From positions 1-56,651 of the IMG/VR virus record IMGVR_UViG_3300021519_000012: DNA of 56,651 bases, one strand, 5' to 3'. Of this stretch, positions 1 to 10,054 are shown piece after piece (positions within the stretch are counted from its first letter, which is position 1; each line of letters starts with the position of its first letter). This DNA is from a virus (Duplodnaviria; Caudoviricetes). Position numbers and translations under genes: made by a program. The notes beneath the pieces were generated by a model that worked only from the letters and a program-made list of their open reading frames with translations, did no database searches and was not told the origin of the DNA.

Positions 1-2
1 TT

Positions 3-3000
3 TACTATTATGACTTTGATGCAACATCAACTGCAATTCCAGATGAAGTTCCTCAAACAATTGCTGCCTATGAATTTATTAAAGCCATTAGTCAACGAAT
101 TGTCAGCAATGAAGTCATAACTCCAATGCAAACAGCAGTGTCACAGGTAACAACTTTACCACCTGCTGCTGGCCTAGTTGCACAAACAATTAGCGATAAG
201 ATTGAAAAAATTATTAATATTATCGAAAACGGCCCAACTGTAATAAGAACTAAACAACCAATTAGCTTAACCACTTCAGTTAACGGTGATGAATTGTATG
301 CTTCACAAAATTTAGCAGCCAATAAAGAATTTATCAAAGCAGAAACTATTGCCTACATAAACAGTAGATATGTTTTCCAATACGACCACGCTAAATGCCG
401 TCGCGATGTAGGATATATGATTGACTCGGTAAGTTTTGATTTGCTATACGGCGGAAACCGTCAAGCAATTCAGTCAGGAACTTACTATTGGGGCTACAAT
501 AATGTAAGCACCAGCCTACCTTCTGAACAGGTTGCATCCACTGCGGCATATCAATATATGAAGTCGCTAATGACAAGTATTGTAACTGCTACTCCGATTG
601 CAGAAACATATCAAAGTTCAATAGCACAGGTAACAAACTTGCCAGCTGGAACTTCAGTAGAAGCTGATATTATGTCGGCAAATATTGATATTATAACAAA
701 TATTATTAACAATGGTCCGTCGATTGCAGCAGCAGGCAAACCTATTGGACTTACCCGTAGTAATAATGCATATACCAACAATGCTGCCAACCTAATTGAA
801 GCTAATCGCGACTTTATTCGTGCAGAAGTAAATGCCTATGTTCAATCTAATGTAAACGAACAAGTATTCTTGCCTTTCTATAATAAAGGTGCTAATGCAA
901 CATTGTCAGTAACTCGTAACTTTGATCTTATTACAAATATTATTCAAAATGGTCCAGGAGTTGCTCCTATTAAAACAGACGGCAACGGAATATTTGTAAA
1001 AACAGGTCTAAGCCTAGACGATATTAAAATAGCACCAGTTATTACTGCCATTACTACAGTGTCTAGCGGAGTTTATCAAGTAGATATTAGTCAAAGCACA
1101 GTCGGCTACGGCGATTCACAGTCATTATATTTTGGTCAAACTGCGGTGTTTCCACTATTAGATCCAGATGTTCCTGCTCGTTGGCAACAACGTCGCATTA
1201 ATCCTATTGGCTCAATGGGCGGCGCACTTATTGATGGTGGAGTTGTTTCAGATCGTGCACCGATTAACTCTTTCGTATTTGATGCGTTTACACAAGTTAA
1301 CCAAGGCGGTATCGGCATCCACGTAACAAACAACGGATATGCGCAGCTGGTATCGGTGTTTACAATTTTCTGTTCACAAGCAGTTTTAACTGAGAACGGC
1401 GGCATTTGTTCTATTACTAACTCCAACTCAAACTTTGGTGACTTATGCTTAATCTCTAAAGGGTATGGTAAAAGAGATTTCTCAGGATACATTTATAATC
1501 CTCCAGTGCTTCCATATTACCCATATGGTAAGTATCCATTAAATTCATCTATTGGCGTTTACATTGCTGATCCTAAGCTGCGTCCACACATTGGTTTATT
1601 ATTGGAAGTGCAGCCGCCAGTAGGATTTATTAACAATCAAGGCCTTCCTGGATTTGTAACAGGTAATACTAATGTGGGGACATTAACAACCGGCACTATT
1701 AATATTACCGGACTAGATACAACTGGTATGGTAGTTGGTCAAACGTTCTATGTAAGAGATCAATACGGTAAGTTTGTTGACAGCGATAATCAACCTTATG
1801 TAACTCCGGGCACTATTATCTCCGATATTAATTTCCAGAGTATTACATTGAACTATCCATTAAATTCTGGTGGTGGTGATTCAAACAATAACAATTATTT
1901 TAATTTGTATAGTTGTGGTAATGCATATTACACTGTTTTATCTAGCACAGTATTACCTGATCCAATTGTTCCGGGAACATTGCTATTGCCTAACAATCAA
2001 AATGCTGAAGAAGTTACAAGTTTTGGGTATATAAGTTCCATCACAGAATTGATTGTTAACAATATAGCAATCACTCCGTTGCAAACAGTATCAACACAGG
2101 TATTTGATTATACTTTATCAGCAGGAGCCGGCGCAATTTCGTTTATTAATAATGAATTAAGTCTAATGGGTAGCATATTAACCAACGGCCTAAGCTCTGC
2201 ACCTGCAATTACTACATCTGGCACCAAGCCATCTGGCACAGTATATGAAGATGCTGCTGGGTTGTTACAAGCTAACAGAACATTTATTCAAGACGAAGTA
2301 ATTGAATATGTAAATCAAACATTCTTTTCATTAAATTATGATAAAGTAAAATGTGCTCGTGACACAGGATTAATTGTTGATGCTATTGCACAAGATTTAT
2401 TATTCAGCACATCAAGTCAGTCAACATTTGCCGCTATTCAATATTGGGCGCAAGATGGATACGTCGGTGCTATTGCTGATGAACTTACAACTACAACTAA
2501 CACTATTAACTATGTTAAAACAGTAGCTCAAGAAATTGTTCAAGGAATTGTTGGCACACGCTACTCAACTGGCACACAAATTACTGCAATGACTACTGCT
2601 ACATCAGCAGAAGCTAATACTATTGGCACAGACTTTGATGTCATTACAAATATTTTATCTACTGGAACTGCAGGCGTTACAAATATTATTGTTCCTAATA
2701 GCTTAACTTCTAGCACCAATGTTAATGTTGCTAATGCTTATGCTTTATTACAAGCAAATAAAGAATACATTGCACAAGAAGCAATTGCATACATCACATC
2801 AACTACTGATATTAGTTTCACATACGACCAATCTACATGCATGCGCGATGTAGGCTTTATGATTGACTCTGTATCTTTTGACCTATTGTATGGAGGCAAT
2901 CGCCAAGCAGTTCAGTCAGGTGTTTACTACTATGGTTACTCGACTGCTACTGTTATTAACAATGAAATTCCAGAAACCATCGATGCATATAATCATATCA

Positions 3001-3785
3001 GTTCATTAACACAACAAATTGTATTAGGTCAAACAGTGACTGCACTACAAACAACAGTAGCACAGGTAAAAAATCTTCCTATAGGCACAACTGCTGAAGT
3101 TACTGCTATGCAAACTAGCATTAATACAATTACAAATATTATTCAAAATGGGCCAAGCGTTGCCAACGGCGGAACTCCGATTAGCCTAACTGCTAGCACT
3201 AATACTAATGTAATAAATGCCGCAAAGATTCTTGAAGCTAATCGTGCGTTTATTAAAGCTGAAGTTATTGCCTACATTGATGGCAAATATGTAACATATA
3301 ATCGTGCAAAATGTCGTCGAGATGTTGGATTGATTGTTGATGCATTATCCTATGACTTAGCAACAGGCGGAAACTACAATGCAGTTATTGCAGGTAAGAG
3401 CTACTATGCACAAACAGGCACATTCCACCTAGTAAACATTGAAGAAAATATTACAGATCCTGCACTATTCCCAGATGGCGCAATTATTAATTACTATCAA
3501 CGTTCGTATCAATCAGCTTCTGGTTATTTGTTTGAGTATGTTGGTGCTGGTACTAACTATGGATCATTACCACAACGCGGTAAGGCCGACCCAATTCAGG
3601 CCCAAGAAGTTGTTCAATTAAATAACGGTAAGGTATTCTTTACATCAACTGACCAAAACGGTGACTTCCGTATTGGCCCAGGATTGGTAATTAGCCAAGC
3701 AACTGGTGTATTATCAGGTCGTACATTTACTAAATCGTTGTTTGCAAACTTAACGCCATTCATATTGGCAATTGAAGGAATCTAA
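3..3785 (+). CDS. Large virion structural protein (5'-truncated by the window) with helical C-x-R-D repeats and a central beta-helix-like segment
   Basis: Frame is open from nt 3 (YYYDFDATSTAIPDEVPQT...) through the ORF-track ATG at 126. Four repeats of N-x-x-[FY]I-x-x-E...Y-x-x-x-[KT]C-x-RD-x-G-x-[IM]-[IV]D...DL. Contains DAFTQVNQGGIG...GYAQLVSVFTIFC and C-terminal FEYVGAGTNY...TSTDQNGDFRIG blocks typical of large structural proteins of aquatic T4-like phages. Confidence 0.75.
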   Translation, partial: YYYDFDATSTAIPDEVPQTIAAYEFIKAISQRIVSNEVITPMQTAVSQVTTLPPAAGLVAQTISDKIEKIINIIENGPTVIRTKQPISLTTSVNGDELYASQNLAANKEFIKAETIAYINSRYVFQYDHAKCRRDVGYMIDSVSFDLLYGGNRQAIQSGTYYWGYNNVSTSLPSEQVASTAAYQYMKSLMTSIVTATPIAETYQSSIAQVTNLPAGTSVEADIMSANIDIITNIINNGPSIAAAGKPIGLTRSNNAYTNNAANLIEANRDFIRAEVNAYVQSNVNEQVFLPFYNKGANATLSVTRNFDLITNIIQNGPGVAPIKTDGNGIFVKTGLSLDDIKIAPVITAITTVSSGVYQVDISQSTVGYGDSQSLYFGQTAVFPLLDPDVPARWQQRRINPIGSMGGALIDGGVVSDRAPINSFVFDAFTQVNQGGIGIHVTNNGYAQLVSVFTIFCSQAVLTENGGICSITNSNSNFGDLCLISKGYGKRDFSGYIYNPPVLPYYPYGKYPLNSSIGVYIADPKLRPHIGLLLEVQPPVGFINNQGLPGFVTGNTNVGTLTTGTINITGLDTTGMVVGQTFYVRDQYGKFVDSDNQPYVTPGTIISDINFQSITLNYPLNSGGGDSNNNNYFNLYSCGNAYYTVLSSTVLPDPIVPGTLLLPNNQNAEEVTSFGYISSITELIVNNIAITPLQTVSTQVFDYTLSAGAGAISFINNELSLMGSILTNGLSSAPAITTSGTKPSGTVYEDAAGLLQANRTFIQDEVIEYVNQTFFSLNYDKVKCARDTGLIVDAIAQDLLFSTSSQSTFAAIQYWAQDGYVGAIADELTTTTNTINYVKTVAQEIVQGIVGTRYSTGTQITAMTTATSAEANTIGTDFDVITNILSTGTAGVTNIIVPNSLTSSTNVNVANAYALLQANKEYIAQEAIAYITSTTDISFTYDQSTCMRDVGFMIDSVSFDLLYGGNRQAVQSGVYYYGYSTATVINNEIPETIDAYNHISSLTQQIVLGQTVTALQTTVAQVKNLPIGTTAEVTAMQTSINTITNIIQNGPSVANGGTPISLTASTNTNVINAAKILEANRAFIKAEVIAYIDGKYVTYNRAKCRRDVGLIVDALSYDLATGGNYNAVIAGKSYYAQTGTFHLVNIEENITDPALFPDGAIINYYQRSYQSASGYLFEYVGAGTNYGSLPQRGKADPIQAQEVVQLNNGKVFFTSTDQNGDFRIGPGLVISQATGVLSGRTFTKSLFANLTPFILAIEGI

Positions 3786-3787
3786 AA

Positions 3788-4174
3788 ATGGCTCTATTAC
3801 CATTAAACGTTTTTAAAACTAAGACAGCCGTGTTAACAACCGGCACTAATACTAGAATATACACTGCTCCGGTGGGTGCAACTGCTATTATTTTGATGGC
3901 CAACGCGGCAAACATTGATAATACTAATACACACCTTGTTAGTTTTGTGCATTATAGAAATCTTCCAGTATTGCCCGATACACAGGGTAATGACGGACAA
4001 GCAGGCAATACATATACCGAACAGGTAGTAGGATTTCCGATTCCGTCAAATAATGCTGCAAACTTAATTGCAGGTAAAATGATTATTGAAAGCCTAGATA
4101 GTATTATTGCTTATACGGATTCAGAAGGTGCAATAAAAATAACAATGAGCGTCCTAGAGACAGCAAACAGCTAA
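3788..4174 (+). CDS. Small conserved virion-associated protein
   Basis: 128-aa ORF starting 2 nt after the upstream stop, SD-like GAAGGA upstream; IYTAP-x-x-x-TAIIL pattern of small T4-like structural proteins. Confidence 0.65.
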   Translation: MALLPLNVFKTKTAVLTTGTNTRIYTAPVGATAIILMANAANIDNTNTHLVSFVHYRNLPVLPDTQGNDGQAGNTYTEQVVGFPIPSNNAANLIAGKMIIESLDSIIAYTDSEGAIKITMSVLETANS

Positions 4175-4175
4175 C

Positions 4176-5102
4176 ATGCCAACCTTATTAAATGGCGGCG
4201 CACCTTTAAGAGGTACGTACGGCACCCAAACAATATTCATCACGCTGCCAACAGCGCAGTTGAGCTTGGGTCAAACTCCTACAAGAGATACAGGTTATAC
4301 TCTTGTTACAGGAGCCAATGGGCAGTTATTTTTTACTGCTACAATGGGAGCCATTTATTTTTCAAGCGGCACAATTCAGTCTAATGTTCCAAATAGAGAC
4401 CTTGTTATTCAGTCAACAGGCACCGGCGCAGTAAGACTAGAAGGTAATGTTTTAATTAACGGTAAAGATATTACTGAACTTACCGGCACCATTAATGATT
4501 TAACAGTAACAAATTTAACAGTTACTGGTCAAGCTCTATTTACATCAGCAACCAGTACAGCAACATTTGCAGGCGACCTAACTGCCCAGGCAATTTATGA
4601 TTCTGGCAATCGTGTTCTAACATCGTTTACCGTTGTTACAAGCGACGGACTTATTGGCGGACAAGTAGTTAGTTTTAACTCAAGCACGATTACATTAAAG
4701 AACACAGGTGTTTTAGAAATACTACCCGGCGCAGATATATCGTTAGATACACCAACTGGCATTGTAACCGTTTCAAGCACAGCTACTTTACAAAGTGTAA
4801 CCAACAGAGGCTCAACTACCACCAATGCAATTCATATTACTAGTGTAACTAGTTCTACAACATCTACACAAGGTGCATTAAAAGTAGATGGCGGAGTAGG
4901 GATTGGTGGTGACGTGCATGTTGGTGGGCAAGTTTATAGTGCTTGGGGTCAACCGCTATATACAATTAGAGTTTTAACAGATACTACTCCTCCAATTGAT
5001 GCTAGAATTGGAGATTTTTGGATTGACCCAGCAGAAGGTGTAGAATATCAATTTGTTCCAAGTGGAACCGGTGGTGCTTGGGTACAATTTATAGGATTTT
5101 AA
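4176..5102 (+). CDS. Fibre-like structural protein
   Basis: Thr/Gly-rich; has TLQSVTNRGSTTTNAI and GALKVDGGVGIGG modules shared with neighbours; C-terminal PP...GDFWID...W motif. Confidence 0.65.
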   Translation: MPTLLNGGAPLRGTYGTQTIFITLPTAQLSLGQTPTRDTGYTLVTGANGQLFFTATMGAIYFSSGTIQSNVPNRDLVIQSTGTGAVRLEGNVLINGKDITELTGTINDLTVTNLTVTGQALFTSATSTATFAGDLTAQAIYDSGNRVLTSFTVVTSDGLIGGQVVSFNSSTITLKNTGVLEILPGADISLDTPTGIVTVSSTATLQSVTNRGSTTTNAIHITSVTSSTTSTQGALKVDGGVGIGGDVHVGGQVYSAWGQPLYTIRVLTDTTPPIDARIGDFWIDPAEGVEYQFVPSGTGGAWVQFIGF

Positions 5103-5109
5103 TTAAGAC

Positions 5110-6420
5110 ATGCCAATTTTAACCTTTCCGTCAAATCCTTTAGTAGGGGATATCTATACACTAGGAACTAGATCCTGGCGTTGGAACGGCACCGCTTGGC
5201 AATTGCAAAGTAGTGTTCAAAGTTTAGATCCTTTTACTATTGTTCGAGGCATAGTCACTACTTCTACTAATTCTACAAGTACAAGCTCAGGCGGCCTGAT
5301 TGTATATGGTGGTGTAGGTATTGGCAAAGATTTATGGGCAACTCGAATTTATGCTACAGAAATTTATCAAGATGGTTCTCGAGTTGGTATTGTAGATCTC
5401 CAAGCTGGTACCGGAATACAGATTACAACAAGCGGTGTTGCTACTTACACTATTACAAATATAGGAGTGACCAGCCTAACTGGCACACCATATATTGGAG
5501 TTAGTTCAAACACCGGCAGCGTGACTTTAACCAACCTTGGCGTTCAAACGCTAACTGCCGGAACAGATACTGCGGTATCATCGAATACCGGTACAATTAC
5601 TGTTTGGAATACAAGTACCTTACAAAGCATAACTGATCGAGAATCAACAACCACCAACGCTATTCATATTATCAATACAACATCTGGTAATACTGGTACA
5701 GGCGCATTGATAGTAGACGGCGGAGTGTATGTTGGTGGCGATTTATTTGTCACGGGGCTATTATTTTCAGGGGGCGCACCGCTATTAACAACTTCAAGTT
5801 TTGCTAGGAGTTTTAATACCGGAACAGATATTTCTATTATTGCTGACCCAGGAACTGGCGCAGTTACGATTTCTAATACTTCTACATTACAATCAGTAAC
5901 ACTCCGAGGATCAACGACTACAAACCGCGTAACTTTTGCCAATACAGTTAATGCAACATCAACACAAACTGGTGCTATTTTAGTAAGGGGTGGTATTGGG
6001 GTAGGCAAAGACATATATGCAGCAGGTAATATAACAGCAAATAATGTAACTGCAAATAGTGTGGTTATTGGAAATTCATTATACAGTTACTTTACAAGCC
6101 CTGTGATTACTACCGGTGCTGCGGTAAATCTTGATGCATTTAATGTTAACGACTATAGAACAGCAAAATATTTGGTGCAGGTTGTTGATAATGGATTTAT
6201 ACCTAATTTGATACACAGTGCAGAATTGTTAGTAACACACGATCACGGCGGTTTTGGCACAACTGGATATATTGTTCAGTACGGAATTGTTACAAATATG
6301 GGCGAATTAGGGTCGTGGGACTCTGTATACAGTGGCGGACTGCTACAGCTACAGTTTACTCCTAATTATATACCAACAAGCATGGTAATTAAAGTTAACA
6401 GAACGGTCATGACGACCTAA
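5110..6420 (+). CDS. Fibre-like structural protein
   Basis: N-terminal FPSNP-x-x-GD-x-Y...W-x-WNG-x-x-W; three G-[AG]-[LI]-x-V-x-GG-x-x-x-G modules; C-terminal YRTAKYLVQV...LQFTPNY domain shared with 6472..9972. Confidence 0.7.
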   Translation: MPILTFPSNPLVGDIYTLGTRSWRWNGTAWQLQSSVQSLDPFTIVRGIVTTSTNSTSTSSGGLIVYGGVGIGKDLWATRIYATEIYQDGSRVGIVDLQAGTGIQITTSGVATYTITNIGVTSLTGTPYIGVSSNTGSVTLTNLGVQTLTAGTDTAVSSNTGTITVWNTSTLQSITDRESTTTNAIHIINTTSGNTGTGALIVDGGVYVGGDLFVTGLLFSGGAPLLTTSSFARSFNTGTDISIIADPGTGAVTISNTSTLQSVTLRGSTTTNRVTFANTVNATSTQTGAILVRGGIGVGKDIYAAGNITANNVTANSVVIGNSLYSYFTSPVITTGAAVNLDAFNVNDYRTAKYLVQVVDNGFIPNLIHSAELLVTHDHGGFGTTGYIVQYGIVTNMGELGSWDSVYSGGLLQLQFTPNYIPTSMVIKVNRTVMTT

Positions 6421-6434
6421 TATGGCAAAAGCAA

Positions 6435-6440
6435 TAAATA
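6435..6440 (+). promoter_or_regulatory. T4-type late promoter box (TAAATA) with leader and GGAG SD
   Basis: Intergenic TAAATA 31 nt before the ATG at 6472; matches the core of T4 TATAAATA. Confidence 0.55.
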
Positions 6441-6471
6441 TACTAGATTGAATCCACCGGAGAGCATTTAA

Positions 6472-9400
6472 ATGGCAACATCAAAAGACTTTATAGTCAA
6501 AAATGGCATACAAATATTAGGAGTTGGCACAACTGTCGCTACTAATACTGGCACAGGTGCGTTAATTGTAAGCGGTGGAGCAGGATTTAACGGCGATATA
6601 TTTGCAAAAAATATATACTCACAAAGTAGTCAGGTTATTACTACAGCTACGTTAGCAAACTATGGTGTTAGTTCTATTTCTGCAGGTACAGATACAGCGG
6701 TCAGCGCAAGTACTGGGTCTGTTGTAATATGGAATACCTCAACGCTACAATCGATTACTAGTCGTGGTGCAATAACTCCTAGCGCAATTACAATTACCAA
6801 TACTACAGATGCAACTACAACAGGCTCCGGTGCCTTGATTGTATCTGGTGGAGTTGGCGTTGGTCTAAATTTAATTGTTGGAAATACTATTGCAGCAGGA
6901 TTTAACAGTGCAAACTTTATTAAATTAACTGGTGCAGTTTCAACAAACGCAGTTACATTAAACGCTACAGGTACAGATGCTACTGTAAACATGAATATTG
7001 TTGCCAAAGGCAACGGTAGTGTAGTTGTTACAAGCACCGCTGCGGCTGCTGATACAGCTTCTGGAGCATTAATTGTAGCTGGTGGTGCAGGGATAGGCGG
7101 CAATTTATATGCTAAAAATATCTTTGACAACAACAATCGTGTACTAACAAACGTTGTTCTTAACAGTGGCCCCGGTATCAGCATTGCTAACTTAGGAACT
7201 GTAGGTTCGACTATTAGTTTCAGGGTTGATAACAGTGGTGTTACTGCAACTATTGGAACAACATACTTAGGCGTTAGTTCACAAACTGGTATTGTAACAT
7301 TTACCAACTTAGGTGTTCAAACAATTGTTGCTGGTACAGATACACAAATCGTATCAACTGGTATTAACGGTACTGGTACTGTTACAATTAATAGTACAGC
7401 TACATTACAAACTATCACCAATCGTGGTAGTACAACAAATAATCAAATTAACTTTACTAATCTAACCAATGCTACTACAGCGACTAACGGTGCGTTAGTA
7501 GTAAGCGGCGGTGTCGGAGTTGGCAAAGATGTAATGATTGGCGGTAGAATGAATGTCTACGGTCCTGTAACATTCTCTGACACTGTAACATTTAGTGGTA
7601 CAGCAACATACGTTCTAAGTACAAATACATATTACACAGATAATATTTTAGAAATTCACGTACCGCCAACAGGTGTATACGGTAATTGGACATACGATGA
7701 CGGCAAAGACATTGGGTTCCGTTTCCACTATTACAACAGAACAACTTCAACAGATACAAATGCGGCCCTTGTAATAGCCAACGACACACAAGTACTTGAA
7801 TGGTACGGCTCTGGCGCAGAAAGCACAGGCAGTACATTTACTTCTGCTACATACGGTGTATTTAAAACTGGTGTAATCCAGTTAATGAATACTGCAACCA
7901 ATGCTCAGAATGCAGTCTCTGGTGCATTACAAGTAGCTGGTGGTGTCGGGGTTGCGTTAACACAGTGGGTAGGCGGGACTGGTGGTACTGCTAGCAAAAC
8001 CGCTGTAAGTCAACAGGCATTTATTGTTAATGCCAACGGTTTAGGTGTTAACGGTGATTCATACTTTGCTAACAACATAGGTATTGGCGGCAGCGAAACA
8101 GTTGCAGGTAACCTAGGAGTAACAGGTGTAACAACGTCTGGTAGTTTATTAGTAACTAGTGGCTCAACCCTAAACGGTAACGTTGCAATTAATAGTAATT
8201 TAGGTGTTAGTGGACAGTTAAATGTAACAGGAACTTCAGTATTAAATGGTAACTCAACTGTTAACGGTACTCTTGGTGTTGCTGGCGCATTTAATGTAAC
8301 TGGTACAACTCTATTAGTTGGCATAACAACCATCACTAACACAACTATTGCAACATCAACAGCATCAGCGGCATTTACTGTAGCTGGCGGTGTTGGTATT
8401 GGTAAAAACCTATGGGTAGGTGGGGATGTATTTGTTGCCGGAACCATTAATGCAAGTATTACTGGTATTACTACTACTGCTACTAACATTGCTGCTGGTA
8501 CAGCTGGCCAAGTTCCTTATCAAACATCGCCTGGTGTAACTAATTTCTATGGTCCAGGAACTGCTGGTGACGTATTAATCAGCAACAGTACGGCTGGTCC
8601 AAGATATCAAAACACACTAACATTAGCTGGCACAGTACAAGCAGTATCAACAAATACAGGGGCATTCCAAGTAGTTGGCGGTGCCGCTGTTGGTAGTAAC
8701 TTGTTTGTTGGTAATAACTTTGTTGTATCAGGTACATCGATCCTTGTTGGCGCTACAACATTACAAGGTGCGGTAACTGCTAACTCAACACTAGGTGTGT
8801 TGGGTAACTTTAACGTAACTGGTACTACATTATTATCAGGCACTTCAGTATTCAACGGTGCTGCAACTGCTAACTCAACATTAGGAGTTGCTGGCGCATT
8901 AAACGTAACTGGTACAACAACATTAGTTGGTGGACTAAACGGTACAGCAGCAACATTATCAGGTAACTTAGGTGTAACTGGTACAACAATGCTAGTTGGC
9001 GGATTAAATGCTGCTGGTGCAACATTCTCCGGCAACATAGGTGTAACTGGAACCACATTATTAAGCGGTATTGCTACTGTTGGAAATACTACAAACTCAA
9101 CATCAACAACAACTGGTGCATTGGTAGTTAAAGGTGGCGCAGCTATTGGTGGGGATTTGTGGGTAGGTGGAAACATTTATCTAGATGGTGTTGGCCTAGA
9201 TACTGTTTATGGTACAACAGCTACATTCTCATATGCAAATATTACAGGAACAGGCGTTGCATTATATGTAACCAATAATGCAATAGTTAACGGTAACTTA
9301 ACTGCTACAACATTTAATGTAATCGGCCGTAGTACACTACAAGATGTTACTGCCGCAAACGTTACTGTTACAACATTAACAGTTACAGGCAACGAAGTAG

Positions 9401-9972
9401 TTAACGGTAACTTAGGCGTTGCTGGAACTTTCAGCGTAACAGGTACATCAGTACATGTAGGTAGTGCAGCATTTAACGGTAACGTAGGCATTTCTGCTAA
9501 CTTTAACGTAACAGGAACATCTGTATTAAATGGAAACGCTGCATTTAATACCAATGCAGGTATTGCTGGTAACTTAAACGTTACGGGTACTTCAGTATTA
9601 AGCAGTCCTGTAACTGTTCAATCAGTAAGTCAGTACAGTGCCTATGCAAGTCCAAATACAACAACAAGTGTTACATTAACATTAGACAGTTTTGTTGCAG
9701 TTACATACAGAACTGCAAAGTATGTATGTCAAGTAGTAGATAGCGGAGTAATTCCGAATAAAGTACAAGTAGAAGAATTTTTAGTGTTCCACGACAACTA
9801 TGGTTCAACAACCACAGCGTATATTATATCATACGGTATTGGAACAAACACAGGTGAGATGGGAACTTGGGATGCTGTATATGCTGGCGGCAGTGTATCG
9901 CTACAGTTTACACCAAATTATACTCCAGGATCACTAGTTGTTAAAACTGTAAGAACTTCAATCACTACATAA
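6472..9972 (+). CDS. Long tail-fibre-like protein
   Basis: 1166 aa; many GALxVxGGxGxG modules and tandem G-x-[LF]-N-V-T-G-T-[TS]-x-L-x-G repeats; internal DDGKDIGFRFHYY domain; YRTAKY C-terminal domain. Confidence 0.75.
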   Translation: MATSKDFIVKNGIQILGVGTTVATNTGTGALIVSGGAGFNGDIFAKNIYSQSSQVITTATLANYGVSSISAGTDTAVSASTGSVVIWNTSTLQSITSRGAITPSAITITNTTDATTTGSGALIVSGGVGVGLNLIVGNTIAAGFNSANFIKLTGAVSTNAVTLNATGTDATVNMNIVAKGNGSVVVTSTAAAADTASGALIVAGGAGIGGNLYAKNIFDNNNRVLTNVVLNSGPGISIANLGTVGSTISFRVDNSGVTATIGTTYLGVSSQTGIVTFTNLGVQTIVAGTDTQIVSTGINGTGTVTINSTATLQTITNRGSTTNNQINFTNLTNATTATNGALVVSGGVGVGKDVMIGGRMNVYGPVTFSDTVTFSGTATYVLSTNTYYTDNILEIHVPPTGVYGNWTYDDGKDIGFRFHYYNRTTSTDTNAALVIANDTQVLEWYGSGAESTGSTFTSATYGVFKTGVIQLMNTATNAQNAVSGALQVAGGVGVALTQWVGGTGGTASKTAVSQQAFIVNANGLGVNGDSYFANNIGIGGSETVAGNLGVTGVTTSGSLLVTSGSTLNGNVAINSNLGVSGQLNVTGTSVLNGNSTVNGTLGVAGAFNVTGTTLLVGITTITNTTIATSTASAAFTVAGGVGIGKNLWVGGDVFVAGTINASITGITTTATNIAAGTAGQVPYQTSPGVTNFYGPGTAGDVLISNSTAGPRYQNTLTLAGTVQAVSTNTGAFQVVGGAAVGSNLFVGNNFVVSGTSILVGATTLQGAVTANSTLGVLGNFNVTGTTLLSGTSVFNGAATANSTLGVAGALNVTGTTTLVGGLNGTAATLSGNLGVTGTTMLVGGLNAAGATFSGNIGVTGTTLLSGIATVGNTTNSTSTTTGALVVKGGAAIGGDLWVGGNIYLDGVGLDTVYGTTATFSYANITGTGVALYVTNNAIVNGNLTATTFNVIGRSTLQDVTAANVTVTTLTVTGNEVVNGNLGVAGTFSVTGTSVHVGSAAFNGNVGISANFNVTGTSVLNGNAAFNTNAGIAGNLNVTGTSVLSSPVTVQSVSQYSAYASPNTTTSVTLTLDSFVAVTYRTAKYVCQVVDSGVIPNKVQVEEFLVFHDNYGSTTTAYIISYGIGTNTGEMGTWDAVYAGGSVSLQFTPNYTPGSLVVKTVRTSITT

Positions 9973-9982
9973 AAAAGTAGGA

Positions 9983-10054
9983 TAAGTAATACGGGTGCGT
10001 ATGTTGCGCACCACACAATTTAAGTAACTTGCCGTTACGTGGAAAGGGAAACTA
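9983..10054 (+). promoter_or_regulatory. TAAGTA late-box variant followed by a structured 5' leader
   Basis: TAAGTA 9983-9988; hairpin GGTGCG/CGCACC 9994-10012; hairpin GTAAC/GTTAC 10024-10038; purine-rich GTGGAAAGGGAAAC just before the ATG. Confidence 0.4.
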
